NCBI GenBank assembly: GCA_964016885.1
Contig: OZ024740.1
Span: 322,524,001 to 322,588,000, forward strand
From: Eledone cirrhosa
Taxonomy: Eukaryota
DNA: 64,000 nt
Direction: 5' to 3'
Positions 51,142 to 64,000 of the stretch are shown in pieces. Position numbers and translations under genes: made by a program. The notes under the pieces were generated by a model. That model was not told where the DNA came from. It worked only from the letters and a program-made list of their open reading frames with translations, and made no database searches. Each line of letters begins with the position of its first letter. Position 1 is the stretch's first letter.

Positions 51142-53344
51142 CACTGAAATTTGGTAGCTTTTTTTTTTTTTTTTTTTTTGTGGTTACCACCTCAAACAAT
51201 CAATATGACATGGGAATCTATCGTTTACAATTGGTTTCCATTTCATAACTTCACCAAACCAAACCACACCATACTACATCGCACCAAGCTATTGATCTTG
51301 GTGTGAAACATTTTTTTTTGTGTGCTTACTACCCAATCTGACATTAAAGGTGCTCCCAATTTACTTTTTTTTTTCACATCAATAATTATGACATGGAAAC
51401 CTGTCGAAAATGACTATCTTTGTAGAAACTTCACCAAACCACACCATACTACATCACACCAAGCTATTGATTTTGGTGACAAATTTTCATATGGCATTTT
51501 TTTTTTTTTTGTGCTTACCACCCAATTTGACATAAAAGGTGCTCGCAAATTACTATTTTATGCACATATTATCAATGGTTATGACATGGAAACCTGATGA
51601 AAATGACTAGCTTTGTAGAAAAAAGAGGGAGGATGTAGGTGGAAATACCATTTACAAAGCTAGTCATTTTTTATTGCAGTAGAAGTCATATTTTTTGTTA
51701 ATATGCTAAAAGCATAGTCCACTGCGAGCATCTTGGAAGTTGATAGCACATGCAAAAATGAAGGAAAAATTTTTTCTAACATAAATCAAAGTGGAAATTT
51801 AAATCCTCACTTATAACAAAGCACACCACAGCACATTAATCTACCCCAATCCACACCATAAATTCACCATAATCATACTTCACTATATGGTAAATTTATT
51901 ACATCACACCATGGTATGGACATCAATGTGACAAATTTGCTACCTGCTTTTTTTTTTTTTGTGGTTACCACCTCAAACTAACATCAAAGGTGCTTGCAAA
52001 TGACTATTTTCCCCACACATTATCAATGAATATGACATGGGAATATATCATTTACAATTGGTTTCCATTTCATAACTTCAAACCAAACCAAACCACACCA
52101 TACCAAGTTACACCATACTACATCACACCAAGCTATTGATCTTGGTGTGAAACATTTTCTTCCCGTTTCCTTTTGTGTGTGTGCTTACCACCCAATCTGA
52201 CATTAAAGGTGCTCCCAATTAACTATTTTTTTTTCCACTTATCAATAACTATGACATGGAAACCTGTAGAAACTTCACCAAACCACACCATACTACATCA
52301 CACCAAGCTATTGATTTTGGTGTGACAAATTTTCATCTGGCATTTTTTTTTTTTTTTTTTCTGCTTACCACCCAATTTGACATAAATGGTGCTCGCAAAT
52401 TACTATTTTATCAATGGTTATGACATGGAAACCTGATGAAAATGACTAGCTTTGCAGAAAAAAGAGGGAGGATGTGGGTGGAAATACCATTTACAAAGCT
52501 AGTCATTTTTTATTGCAGCGGAAGTCATATTTTTTGTTAATATGCTAAAAGCATAGTCCACTGTGAGCATCTTGGAAGTTGATAGCACATGCAAAAATGA
52601 AGGAAAAATTTTTTTTATAACATAAATCAAAGTGGAAATTTAAATCCTCACTTATAGCAAAGCACACCACAGCACATTAATCTACCCCAATCCACACCAT
52701 AACCATACTTCACTATATGGTAAATTTATTACAGAACACCTACTCCTACCATTTACATCACACCAATGCTCGCAGTTGACTATTTTTTTCACATATTGTG
52801 AATGAATATAACTTTGAAACCTATCGTCAATGATTAGCTTTGTAGAAAAATGAAGGCAGAAAAACCATTCACAAAGCTAGTCATTTTTAATTGCAGTGGA
52901 AATCATATTTGTTGTCAATATGCTAAAAAAATAGTCAATTGCTAGCATTTTGGAGGTTGGATTAGTTGATAGGACATAAAAAAAACAAAGGAAAACAAAT
53001 ATTGTCTATATGTTCCTGTGGAAAGTTGGGTCTTCTGTATTACTGTGTGACGCCAGAGGTCATGGTCGTGTGTCATTGCCCTTGAGAGGTGCAATTGGGA
53101 AAGGTCGGCTTAGAAATATTTACTTCTGCGTTCACAGATTGATTTTTTTTTAGTTTCAGAAGATCCCATTAAGGGTGAAAGCAGCCGATTCTTTGCTTAA
53201 ACTTTAATCTGTTATTTTAATAAATATTTACTCTACGGTTCTTATATAATTGATATATATTTATCCCTCTCGAGCCCTCTTTGGATTTTAGTCTTCATAT
53301 GTATTATTATTACTATATATATATATATATATATATACATATTG

Positions 53345-53707
53345 AGAGCATTGGCCTTGCAATCAAAAGGTTGTGAGTTCAATTCTCACACCGGGTGATG
53401 TGTTGTTTCCTTGAGCAAGACATTTTATTTCACATTGCTCCAGTTTACGCACCTGTAGAAATGAGATGATAGGACTGGGGTCCCTATCATTCCACTGCAA
53501 AGTGGTCGTGGAGGTGCCACGGCAAAAAAACACCCAGCCCACACTGTAAAGTGGATGTGGAGGTGCTCCGGGAAAAAAGCACCCAGCACTCACTGTAAAT
53601 GAGGTTGGTGTTAGGAAAGGCATCCAGCTGTAGAAATCAAGCCAGAATCAGTTCCCGTCCCACCCTTGCAAGCAGGGAAAAAGTGGACGTAAAATGAAAT
53701 GATGATG
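53345..53707 (+). mobile_element. CORE-type SINE family A (5'-clipped)
   Basis: Matches 44658-44964. Confidence 0.85.
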
Positions 53708-53709
53708 AA

Positions 53710-54045
53710 TGCTCCCAGCTGTGGTCACCCCATAGTATCAAACTAATCATGGAGCTTGAAGCAATCCAATGAAGCTACACCAAGAAGGTTGCCCCAATGA
53801 AGGAGATAAACTACTGGGAGAGTCTAAAAGAACTGAAACTCTACTTCTCGGAATGAAGACGGGAGAGATATGCAATGATATACATATGGAAAATCCTGGG
53901 GGGACTAAGACCAAACTTTCGCATTGAGAGCTGGACCGATTCTCGAACAGGACGTCACTGTGTGGTACCAAAGGTCCCGTCTTCCACATCTAGAATCAGG
54001 AGCAGCTATTGCAATAGCCTGGGGTTCAAAGGCCCTCAACTTGGT
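53710..54045 (+). mobile_element. CR1-like LINE RT C-terminal fragment
   Basis: Homologous (opposite strand) to 56295-56808; YIWKILGGL. Confidence 0.7.
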
Positions 54046-54092
54046 TTCCTATTCATCAATGCTTCAAGCAAGCTATAAAACTCTGTTATATT

Positions 54093-54480
54093 TCATCATC
54101 ATTTTATGTCAGTTCTTCTACGCTAGCATGGGTTGTCTTGTTGTGGGCAGTGTCTGGTCGGCTGACCTTGTCTTGCTCATACGGGAACTGATTCTGTCTT
54201 GATTTCTACAGCTCAATGCCCTTCCTAACACCACCCTCATTTACAGTGAGTGCTGTTTTTCTTTTATCTTTTTGCCGTGGCACCTCCACGACCACTTTGC
54301 AGTGGAATGATAGGAACCTCAGTCCTATCATCTCATTTCTACAACTGAGTAAACTGGAGCAATGTGAAATAAAGTGTCTTGCTCAAGGAAACAACACATC
54401 ACCCGGTCCAAGAATTAAACTCAACCTTTCAATTGAAAGGTTGGTTAGCCAATGCTCTAACCACTGAGCCATGTGCCTTC
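54093..54480 (-). mobile_element. CORE-type SINE family A, diverged
   Basis: Reverse complement of the family A head, core and tail. Confidence 0.75.
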
Positions 54481-54484
54481 TATT

Positions 54485-55360
54485 GTTGGCAATGTTAGGT
54501 CAGGTGACTATGTCTTGCTCATAAAGAACTGATTTTGGCTTGGTTTCTACAGCTGGATGCCCTTCCTAATGCCAAGCTCATTTACAGTGAGTACTGGGTG
54601 TTTTTTGTTGTGATTCCTCCACGACTACTTTACAGTGTTTCGGCCTGTTCTCATGAAAGATATATTGGCGAGTAGGATGGAGTGGTGCATACTGTATGTA
54701 TGTTTCAGCCTTGGCCTGGGAAGTTGGGGTTTCTGTATTACCTCATAATCTTGGTCCTGTGTCATTGCCTTTCAGAGGTGCAATTGGGCAAGGTCGGCTT
54801 TTATCACTTCATCTCAAGTCTTTCTGGGACTTTATGTAGCTGTCATCCTTCATACCAACATAATCTCCTCTCCTGCACACAACATTTGATTCCTCTTATG
54901 CCTAGTTTCTCTTTCAGTTTGTTTATGCTTTGCTGTTCGCGTATATTACTATTACACATCCATCGGAGCATACAAGCTTCATTCCTTTCTAATCTACGCA
55001 AGTCTTCTACACACAGCGCCCAGCTCTCACTACCATGCAACATTGCCGTTCATATGCACACATCATACAGTCTACCTTTTATTCTGAGGGAAAAGCCTTT
55101 TGTATCCAGCTGTGGCAGTAGCTCTCTCAACTTCTTCCATCCCATTCTTTCAGAACACCCCCTCTCCACTGCTAATTCGGTATTGTTTTTACCAAGTCCT
55201 CCCAGACTTTGATGTCACTTGTTTTCAGTGATTGTTTGCTGCTTACTGTCCTGGTGCAACTGCTACATGTAAAGCTTACATTCTTAACTAAACTTCCTGA
55301 AATCCCAGTTTGCATATGGGGCAGAGGATGGAGTTCCTACCTACACCTCTTCTACATAAT
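54485..55360 (-). mobile_element. degenerate RTE LINE 3' fragment
   Basis: MLHGSESWALCVEDLRRLERNEACMLRWMC translation, plus 3' UTR modules. Confidence 0.8.
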
Positions 55361-55371
55361 GAGCACACACA

Positions 55372-55770
55372 CTAGCCGAATTACCAGCGCCTTGCTGCGT
55401 TTCACACATTTTTTTTGTAAGAAAATGACGATTGATTTTAAATCAGTGATATAATTTATGGAGAAAAACTCAATATTACTCAATGTAAAATATCATTTTT
55501 TGTAATATATCAAATCAAAATTGCATTATTAAATCTTATTCTTATTTTGTTTCTTGTAAATAATTTTTTTCAAAATATCAATTGAAAACTTTTATGAATA
55601 GGCATCATATCTTGTCATTTACCTATGGTTTAAATTTCATATAAATCAAAGGTAAAGTTTCAGCGGTGGTTCTGTGCCCCCGAAACCATAGGAGGAGTTC
55701 GTAAAATCTTGTTCCATTTATTGGCCAAACTTTTCACTATAGGGCGTTTAACCCCCATTAGGGTGTCTTA
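55372..55770 (-). mobile_element. possible non-autonomous Helitron fragment (3' end)
   Basis: Minus strand ends CAGCAAGGCGCTG hairpin, ~10 nt spacer, CTAG|T; the far boundary is uncertain. Confidence 0.4.
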
Positions 55771-55786
55771 ATATTATTGAAATTTG

Positions 55787-55830
<44 letters not shown>

Positions 55831-56294
55831 CACATAGGGCATCCAGCTGTAGAAATCAAGCCAGAATCAGTTCCCGTCCCACCCTTGCAAGCAGGGAAAA
55901 AGCGGACATGAAATGAAAATGATGAAAATGACACAAACACACACACACATATCTATACACACACATACACAAACATATTTATATCTTTTAGCAGAGCATT
56001 TTAATATTGCCACTCAATGAAAACCCTTTGTTTGGAATAAATGAATCTTGAAAATTAGGTGTGCCTGTCAGTGTGTATGTGTTTGTCTACTTAGCATCAA
56101 TTTACTACCCTCCCCTACCACCAGAAAATATATAAATACCACCATATTACATTGACAGTCGGCTTTTCTGATGATTTCCTCTGAATGAAACAGTTCTAGT
56201 CCTGTTGAAGCCATTTCTATATTAAATATATCTATATACTCTTTTAGCTGTTCCAGCCATCCATGCTGGGGCACCACCCTTGTTGCTACACATT

Positions 56295-56808
56295 CTATCT
56301 CCAGCCTGTGTTGGCTGGCCATTGATGTAAGAGGCAGTTCGTTGCTGCTGCCCTTAGGTTACCTTCGTACCGTGATGTGGGCTCATCCGGGATCCTGGAT
56401 AACAGGGTGTCAAGAAGTTTCTTGAAAATATCCATGGCCACACCATGTAGATCTCTCAAATCCCTTGGCAGTTTGTTGAAGAGTTGAGGGCCTTTGAACC
56501 CCAGTCTATTGCAATATCTGCTTCTTGTTCTAGATGTGGAAGACGGGACCTTTGTCACCACACAGTGACGTCCTGTTCGGGGGTTGGTCCCGCTCTCAAT
56601 ACCAAAGTTTGGCGCTAGTCCCTCCAGGATTTTCCATATGTATATCACTGCGTATCTCTCCCGTCTTCGTTCCAAGGAGTAGAGTTTCAGTTCTTTTAGC
56701 CTCTCCCAGTAGTTCATCTCCTTCATCGTGCAATCCTCTTGGTGTAGCTTCATTGGATTGTATCAAGTTCCGTGGTTAGTTTGATACTATGGGGTGACCA
56801 CAGCTGGG
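56295..56808 (-). mobile_element. CR1-like LINE RT C-terminal fragment
   Basis: NYWERLKELKLYSLERRRERYAVIYIWKIL, GPQLFNKLP, FKKLLDTLLSRIPDEP. Confidence 0.82.
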
Positions 56809-57130
56809 TGCAATAGTCGAGGCGGCTTAGGACAAATGGCATTCATAGTATCAACATGGTCTCCCGGTCTCTTATATAGAAAACCTCAAATAAAAAGTCA
56901 AGATTTGTTTCGATTTAACAGAGCAGAAAGAATTCGCGTCAGAATATTCCAACCAATCCAGCCTGTATCAGCTGAATAAATATGTATATGGAGATATATA
57001 TATACACACCCACATGCACATATATATATATATAAGAATTAAAATACTAGAGTGTGTTGGAGTTAAACACCCTCTTCATATTATAGAAATGACAGTATAG
57101 GATATAGCTCATTAAACAGAGCCGAAGAAT

Positions 57131-57164
<34 letters not shown>

Positions 57165-57794
57165 TACATGTATACATGATGGCTGCCCCCTCGTTATCGA
57201 GTATGGCCATTGCACGATATACCATTATTAATAATTATTAATTAATTCTATCGTGCAATGCCTGTGCATGAAGATATTTTTTTAAATGAGGAAAGACTGT
57301 GCACTGAGCCAATCCCACTCTCTGAGCGACTAGCTTTAACCCGAAAAGAAGAAAATATCAACATCATCGGTAACTACTGAGCCGCAGGTTTTATATCAGA
57401 GTTATCCCAGTTTCCTGAGTTGCCTACTAGAAGAATGCCCTGACAAAGGCTAGGGGTCCTTTACTCCCAGTGGTTTAACCGCGCGATCGGGTGTCCAGCC
57501 CGATTATTTCTATGTCCCTGTACATACACCCATGTATATATACATATACATATGTACATGTGTATATACATATTTACACACTTTTGGATGGCCGTTGACT
57601 CTTATGAGATCTTCCGCCCTTTGTCAGGTTTTGTTTTTTGTCCTGCAGGGTGTCCAAAATCACCCTCCTCACCAAGTAAACTTGGTGGGGTTGCCGGTTT
57701 AGTCGCCGACGACCCGACCGTGCGACAGGTTGTACTGGGTTACATGTTACCAATAGCACTCAAGAGTGACCCGACATACATACATACATACATA

Positions 57795-60255
57795 CTACAT
57801 GATGGCTGCAAACTCGTGTTCAAGTATTGCCATCGCCCGATAAAATGTTCAAAAATGTGAAGCATAAATGTGACTCTTTAAACCAGCCAAATACTTGCAC
57901 CCTCTGGCACACACATGGCAACTTTAGGCTCCCCCGAAACCTTCCATTGCTTTGTTCTGGCTGTATGTTCACATGTATCTTTTAAGACCTCCCATGCTTG
58001 TACATTTCTTACACCTTTTCAGGTCATAATCTACATGAGGTCTACTGATATGACTTTGTTCATGTCTAATCAAACCAGCTTTGCTCAGGCTGACTTGACC
58101 ACAGTGCTGGCAAACCAGATGATGTTCAACAGCAGGCAGTTCAGAACAGTCTCAATCCTCACCTTCCTTTTCAGTGTTAGGTGTTCTCTCCGACGAGTTT
58201 CAAAGTGTTCACCACCTGACTTGATCAAACGTCTCCACTTCACACGCTTGTCAGCCATTTTCTCCCATTCGTCAGATGAAATTCCAGCACAAGCCAAGGT
58301 GCCCCTGATACAGTCCCGGTACCGCTTTTTTGGTTTATGTGGTGGTCGCCTTCCTTCACACAGTTCTCCATAGAGAAGTTGCTTTGGAATACGATCATCA
58401 GACATCCGGACCACGTGACTGCACCACCTCAACCGATACCGAAAGATTATGCTCTCTATAGTCACGCACCTGCTCCGTTCTAGAACTTCCAAATCACTGG
58501 CGAACATTTTCCACCACCCCAAGTAACTTATGAAGAGATTGTTGGTGAAATCTCTCCAGATCCTTGAGGTGCTTTCTGTATGTGACCCATGTTTCACAAA
58601 CATAAAGTAAAGAGGAGACGACACAAGTCAGATACACTTTCACCTTGGTTTCGATAGTGATACCTCGTCTGGACCATAAACGTTGATGCAGCCGTCCAAA
58701 AGCATCACTGGCTTTCTTGATTCTTAAGGATATTTCATTATCATGTGTGCATGAAGTGTTCAACGTACTACCAAGGTAAACAAACTTGTCAGCAACTTTT
58801 AGCCTCTTTCCGTACACGTACACATTTGGTGCAGTGTACTCGTTTCCAGGTACTGGCTGATACATCACAACAGTCTTTTCCAAGCTTATTGTGACACCCA
58901 AAGTGCTGCAAGCTGCAGAAAAAGAGTTCATAATATGCTGCATGTCACTTTGTGAGTGTGCAAAAAGATTAGTCGTCTGCATACAAAAACTCTCGGATTA
59001 TAGATGTTAATACCTTTGTGCTTGTACCAAAGCGCCTGGTGTTGAACAACCTTCCTGAAGTGCGATAACTGATGTAAACCCCATGAGAACAATATTTGAA
59101 TGCCATGAGAAACACTATCGTAAAATATAAGGAAAACAGAGTTGGAGCCGGAATGTCCCCCTGCTTCACTCCATTTTCAACTGATATTGGTTCAGAGATG
59201 CTACCACCAATACTGACCAAAGCCTTCATGTCATCATGGAAAAGATGCAGAATCTTCTACCCTCCCTTGGATTTTTTTCCCACAACGCAGTTCAATTGAC
59301 AGTGTCAAAGACCTTTGTCAAGTCAACAAAGATCTGGTAAAGATCCATACATTGTTCGATACACTTTTCTTGCAGCTGCCGAGCAGAAACGATCATATCC
59401 ACTGTTCCTCTTTCGTTTCTGAACCCACACTGCGACTCAGGCAACACATTCAGAGCAACTCTTGGGATCAATCTATCCATCAATATTCGACACGACTTTA
59501 CCAACTACTGAAAGAAGGGATATGACATAATAATTGCCACATTTGTCCTTGTCGTCCTTTCCTTTATGGAGAATCACCATGAGCGCATCCTTCTTGTGGG
59601 ACATTCTCATCTTCCCACACCATTTTCATGAGGTCAGTCAGGCGCTGCGTGAAGTTTTCACCACCACACTTCAAAACCGCTCCACTCAGACCATCCATAC
59701 CATGTGAATTACCACAGTTCAGCTTATGCACAACCGAAGTCCCCTCTGCAAGAGAAGATACATTAGCCATCTCATATGCTTCACTGGTTCAATAGGAATG
59801 GAACAAATGAAATCATGAACCTGGGATGGCTGGTTTAAGAGCTCATCAAAGTGATCTCTCTATCTGTCGAGTGTCTTTTGGGTCGCGCAGTAATTGCTTG
59901 CCATCTTTCGATCTCAAAGGGGCCACACACCTCTGTGAGTAGAAAGTGCGGCAGTTTCACATTGTTGCCATCTGATGCCACTTGAACTTCATCTGCTTTG
60001 TTGCTCCACCAGGTATTTTGCATAGCTCTGAGTTTCACCTGCACTTCCTTCTTTACCTGTCTGTAACGCTCATAATTGTCACCAACAGAGCTACCACCTT
60101 TAAGAACTGCATCAAGTGCCTTTTGTTTTCTGTCTAGCAGAGCCTTGACCTCCTGGTCATTCTCATCAAACCAGTCCTTGTTTTCTTGTGACAAAGCCAA
60201 GGACCTCTGCTGAAGCCTCATAGACCGAGCTCCTGAAGTCCTTCCAGTTGTTCTC
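57795..60255 (-). mobile_element. decayed RTE/BovB-like LINE
   Basis: DWFDEND, LPESQCGFR, FVDLTKVFDTVN, GVKQGDIPAPTLF, FLYADD, FVYLGS, RLRWCSHVVRM, PKQLLYGEL across frameshifted ORFs. Confidence 0.9.
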
Positions 60256-60949
60256 ATACATACTTACATATATACATGCATACATACATGTATACACACA
60301 TACATACATCCATCTATACGTGTATACATACATACATACATACATACAATGGTTAAAGTGTTTGACTGACGACCATAAGTTCATGGGTTCATATTTGGGA
60401 CCGGGTAGTTATTGAATCAACCTGATATCAATGTTTATTATACAGCACACTTCCTCTTTGGTATAATATGACACATAGTAATATCTAACATAGTACCCAT
60501 CTAATCTGTTATAATATGATTTACCTTTCCTCTGTGAAGGCACATGCCTTAGGGGTTATGGTACTGGACTAACCATTATAAAGCCATGGCTTCGATCCTG
60601 CAGCATGTTGCGTCCTTCAGTAAAATACTTTAGTTCGTGTAGCATCTTCTACCAAGACATGCGGCAGACAGATAATATCAGTAATGGAAAAAACCTTGTT
60701 TCATTAGTATGACCTGGAAATCAGTTCCACTCTATTTATCTTCTTTATTAAAGGCAATCAAATTATTTTTTATTTTATTCTTTTTCTTATTTTTCCATGT
60801 TTGTTAAATGAATTCCAAAAAATCAAACTAAATTTTCCAAAAAATCAAACTAAAATTTCCATAAAAGTTAATGTTTACAATACAATAAAATGTAATAAAA
60901 TGTATTGAAGTCGACGAAATGTGGACCTTCATTTTTTGTACCACAATTT

Positions 60950-61165
60950 TTCTTTGTGCAAAAGTGGGCAGCCGAATTTAGGAAAGGATAGGGGATTCTT
61001 GAAGATGACCCAATGTCTGGACGTCCTACAACTGCCACTACCGAGGAAAACATTGATCTCAGTACTGCAACACCGATGGAAGAAGTGTGTGGAACGCAAG
61101 GGAGACTATGTTGAAAAATAAACCTCATTTGGTCACATTCCATGAGTATCTTTGTCAACCCTCGT
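60950..61165 (+). mobile_element. internally deleted mariner transposase relic
   Basis: KWAAEFRKG*GILEDDPMSGRPTTATTEENI (HTH linker) fused to LQHRWKKCVERKGDYVEK (mariner C-terminus). Confidence 0.7.
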
Positions 61166-61201
61166 ATCTGTGTGCAATATACGTAAAGATACAGAATTGC
61201 G

Positions 61202-61487
61202 GGCACTACAACGCTATTAGCTGTCATATTTGTTGGTGAAAAATATTTGATTATAAAACTTAAATTTATGAATGACTTGTTTTCTAATTTGGCCCTTTTA
61301 AGGGCCACCTATATTTTCATTTAAGTAACTCCACTTACATCGATATGCTTTATAACCACGACTTGTTTTCTAATTTGGCCCTTTTAAGTCTTCCCCCTCT
61401 CAAAAGAACGCGTGAAAACTCCACTTACGCGTGGTAGTAATACGGAAATAAACGATGTTGACGAGTGACGTCACCTTCGCCTGTTTT
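61202..61487. mobile_element. partial copy of the 17627-18717 foldback element, truncated by a CR1 insertion
   Basis: GGCACTACAACGCTATTAGCTGTCA terminus and shared modules. Confidence 0.75.
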
Positions 61488-62838
61488 ATAATAATAATGA
61501 AATTATTGTGTACAGTGCTCAGGTGCACTACAACTCATCAAAGGTGCATGTATAGTACATAGAATAATGTACAAATGTCAGGAAAATAAACAGTGTATGA
61601 GTCATGATATAATAATAACAATAATGAAATATTGTGCACAGTGCCCAGGTGCACCACAACCCATCAAAAAAGTGCATGTACAGTACATAGGGCAATGCAC
61701 AAACATCAGTAAAATGAACAGTGCACGAGTCATGATACACACATGTGTGCATGTGTATGGAAGGGGCACATCAGGTGTAGTTTTGGCGTATTTCGGGAAG
61801 CATGAGTGTCTTAAAGGATGCAGTGTCTCGGCAGCTAACAATTGACGCAGGCAGTTTGTTCCATGCTTCAGCAACTCTGAGCGTGAAAAATGTCTGCGAA
61901 AGTCATGGGAGCTGTGCTGTTTTCTTATCTTGTAGGCATGTCCACGTGTGTTAGACACATGGAGATCAAAGAGGCGCTCAGGGTTGCAGTTGGCGAGATG
62001 GTTAAAAACTTTGTGGGTATTCACCAAGTCCATTGCCAGACGTCGGAGCTTCAATGAATCCATGCCCAGGGAAGCAAGGCGTTCAGAGTATGGTAGGTGT
62101 CTGATGGAGGGTATTCGCTTGGTTGCACGTCTCTGAACAGTTTCCAGGAGGTCAATGTTCCGAGCAAGATAGGGGTTCCAGACTGATGATGCGAATTCCA
62201 AGTGTGGTCGCACCATAGCTGTATACAGTTTTAAATAGATGGCTGGAGAGCGGCTAACAAAGGTCTTGCTGAGTGATGCCAAGACACCCTCGGCCTTCTT
62301 GACAATCTTAGAGACATGCTTTGTCCAACGCAAATCGTTGCTGACAGTAATGCCCAGGTCACGTTCACAAGAGGACTTTTTGATGTCAGTGTTGTGGAGG
62401 GAGTATGTGGACGCTGGATTTTTCCTTCCAAAATGCATGGTGGTACACTTGTCCACAGCCAGCTTCAGTTGCCAGTCTGTGATCCATTGCTGCATTGTGT
62501 CCAGGTCTGATTGTAGGAAAGAGTTGTAAATTTCAGGATCAGTCCTTTTGATTTCAAGGTACAGCTTGATGTCATCTGCATATTTTAGTACCGTGGCATT
62601 CTGTAAGTTGGCATCTATGTCATTAATATATGCCACAAACAAAAGAGGACCAAGAACAGATCCCTGTGGTACACCAGATGACATCTCATATGGTGAAGAA
62701 TGCTGTCCTAGAACCGTGACTACTTCTTTTCGGCTGAGAATGAAGGATTTCAGCCAGTCGAAAAGATCATCCCTCACACCCATTGCAGAGAGTTTTGCCA
62801 TAAGTCTTTTGTGTGGCACAGAATTAAAAGCCTTTTCC
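61488..62838 (-). mobile_element. CR1-clade LINE, 5'-truncated RT, with a tandem second 3' end
   Basis: KAFNSVPH, SGVPQGSVLGPLLF, YADDIKL, ERDLGI, VRPHLEF; two successive 3' UTR/(ATT)n ends (61488-61605, 61610-61780). Confidence 0.93.
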
Positions 62839-63112
62839 ACTGGACTGACAGCTAATAGCAGTATCAATAATGGAAAACCAAAAGGAAACACTGTTTCCTT
62901 GGTCCAATCTAACGATAGCCCCCTTTTAAGGCAACGAAAGGGTTAGGAGCAGAGCTATAGCGAGTTATTGAAGCACGTGTCTTCTGATATGAACAAACCT
63001 AATGTTGGACAAAGATATAACTTTCAGAAGACACTCATCGTTGTTTCTAATAAAACAGATATTTCAATGCTATAAAAAAACATCAAATGTATTTATTGAT
63101 GAAATAACTTAC

Positions 63113-63157
63113 AATTTCTGGTGGAGCTTGTCTCTCTGGTCGACCACTAGCTGCCAT
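63113..63157 (-). CDS. BUD23: BUD23/WBSCR22 coding exon 1 (MAASGRPERQAPPEI)
   Basis: ATG at 63157-63155, 45 nt, phase 0, followed by a GTAAGT donor. The peptide matches the BUD23 N-terminus (RPEx2xPPE motif) and splices in frame to the exon at 9084. Confidence 0.9.
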
Positions 63158-63386
63158 GTTGATATTTTTATTTAAGAAAGTAAAGCTAGCAATTTCTAAA
63201 TATATTTTCTTTAATAAAACTTTATACTTTCATCAACATTCAAACAATAATAATCAAATGTCTTGTCTTAAAATGTGTTTTAATTATATATATACATAAT
63301 ATATATATAATATATATATTCCTTTGTTAAATTTATATGCATGTGATATATGTAGTTTCGGAGATAACTGCCAGCTGAGGTCACTT
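63158..63386. promoter_or_regulatory. Putative bidirectional promoter/5' UTRs between BUD23 and DNAJC30-like start codons
   Basis: 229 bp between two divergent ATGs; function inferred from geometry only. Confidence 0.55.
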
Positions 63387-64000
63387 ATGATGGCCTTCGC
63401 AAATTCCCACATCTTGTACAGAACTTTTTTAATTTCTCATAAATTTAACGGCAAATCTGGTTTTCGGAGTATTTGTCCATCAAAGGCTCGATATTTTCAC
63501 CGAAGAAAGATTCTCCAGAATGGATTCTATTGCAGTAATTTACCACTGGAGTATTATGTAAGCACGAAAGAACACGTCTATGGTCTGTTAATTAGTAAAC
63601 AGAAATGTCCTTATAACACATGCTGCCTAACTAGGAGAAATATTTGGACTTATCAAAACAAACACACTACTACATTTAAACTGTCGTTAGATAATCAGAA
63701 ATGGAATTCTGTTCGGTTTTTAAATTCTCACGGTAAACGTGGTGGGCAAAAATTTGACAGAAAAAGCCGAAACCTGTTTGATATTTTAGAAGTAACTCCA
63801 AAGTCACACAAATCGGATATTAAGAAATCGTTTTACCGTTTGTCTAAACTATATCACCCAGACATGAATAAATCAGATGAGGCGGCTGTAAAGTTTGCGG
63901 AAATTTCTGCAGCTTACGAAGTACTGAAAGACCCGACAAAACGTCGGTTATATGAGAGAGGAATGGTAATTTCAAATGACAGACATGTACATCATCAGGA
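63387..64000 (+). CDS. DNAJC30: DnaJ-domain protein, DNAJC30/WBSCR18-like (partial; runs off window end)
   Basis: Open frame from ATG 63387 to the end (204 codons, my translation). It has a basic N-terminus and a J-domain LFDILEVTPKSHKSDIKKSFYRLSKLYHPDMNKSDEAAVKFAEISAAYEVLKDPTKRRLYERG with HPD. Divergent from BUD23, as DNAJC30 is in human. Confidence 0.8.
   Translation, partial: MMAFANSHILYRTFLISHKFNGKSGFRSICPSKARYFHRRKILQNGFYCSNLPLEYYVSTKEHVYGLLISKQKCPYNTCCLTRRNIWTYQNKHTTTFKLSLDNQKWNSVRFLNSHGKRGGQKFDRKSRNLFDILEVTPKSHKSDIKKSFYRLSKLYHPDMNKSDEAAVKFAEISAAYEVLKDPTKRRLYERGMVISNDRHVHHQ

Noticed and set aside
57175-57520. GC-richer structured segment; considered as an HDV-like ribozyme or SINE
   Set aside because: Could not assign a nested double-pseudoknot or Pol III boxes by eye; probably a retroelement end. 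It needs a covariance search.

Overview
AT-rich, repeat-dense eukaryotic (animal) genomic DNA. It is probably mollusc/cephalopod, inferred from the tRNA-derived CORE-type SINEs, RTE LINEs with (GAT)n tails and abundant microsatellites. Two host genes are readable. The first five coding exons of BUD23/WBSCR22 (18S rRNA m7G methyltransferase) lie on the minus strand, with exon 1 at 63113-63157 and exons 2-5 at 9084-570, giving a ~54 kb first intron. A DNAJC30-like J-domain ORF starts head-to-head at 63387 and runs off the window end. The BUD23 introns hold RTE and CR1 LINE pieces, a Tc3-like element, hAT and mariner relics, MITEs, SINEs, a solo LTR, satellites and a segmental duplication. The most notable hidden signal is a set of self-cleaving RNA motifs. 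An essentially identical 468-bp tandem array (27221-30307) has an internal inversion and a minimal type I hammerhead ribozyme in every full unit (6 copies, retrozyme/Penelope-pLTR-like). A Penelope GIY-YIG remnant has two inverted arms whose hammerheads differ by palindrome-preserving changes, and there is one further degenerate hammerhead. A 200-N gap lies at 27021-27220.
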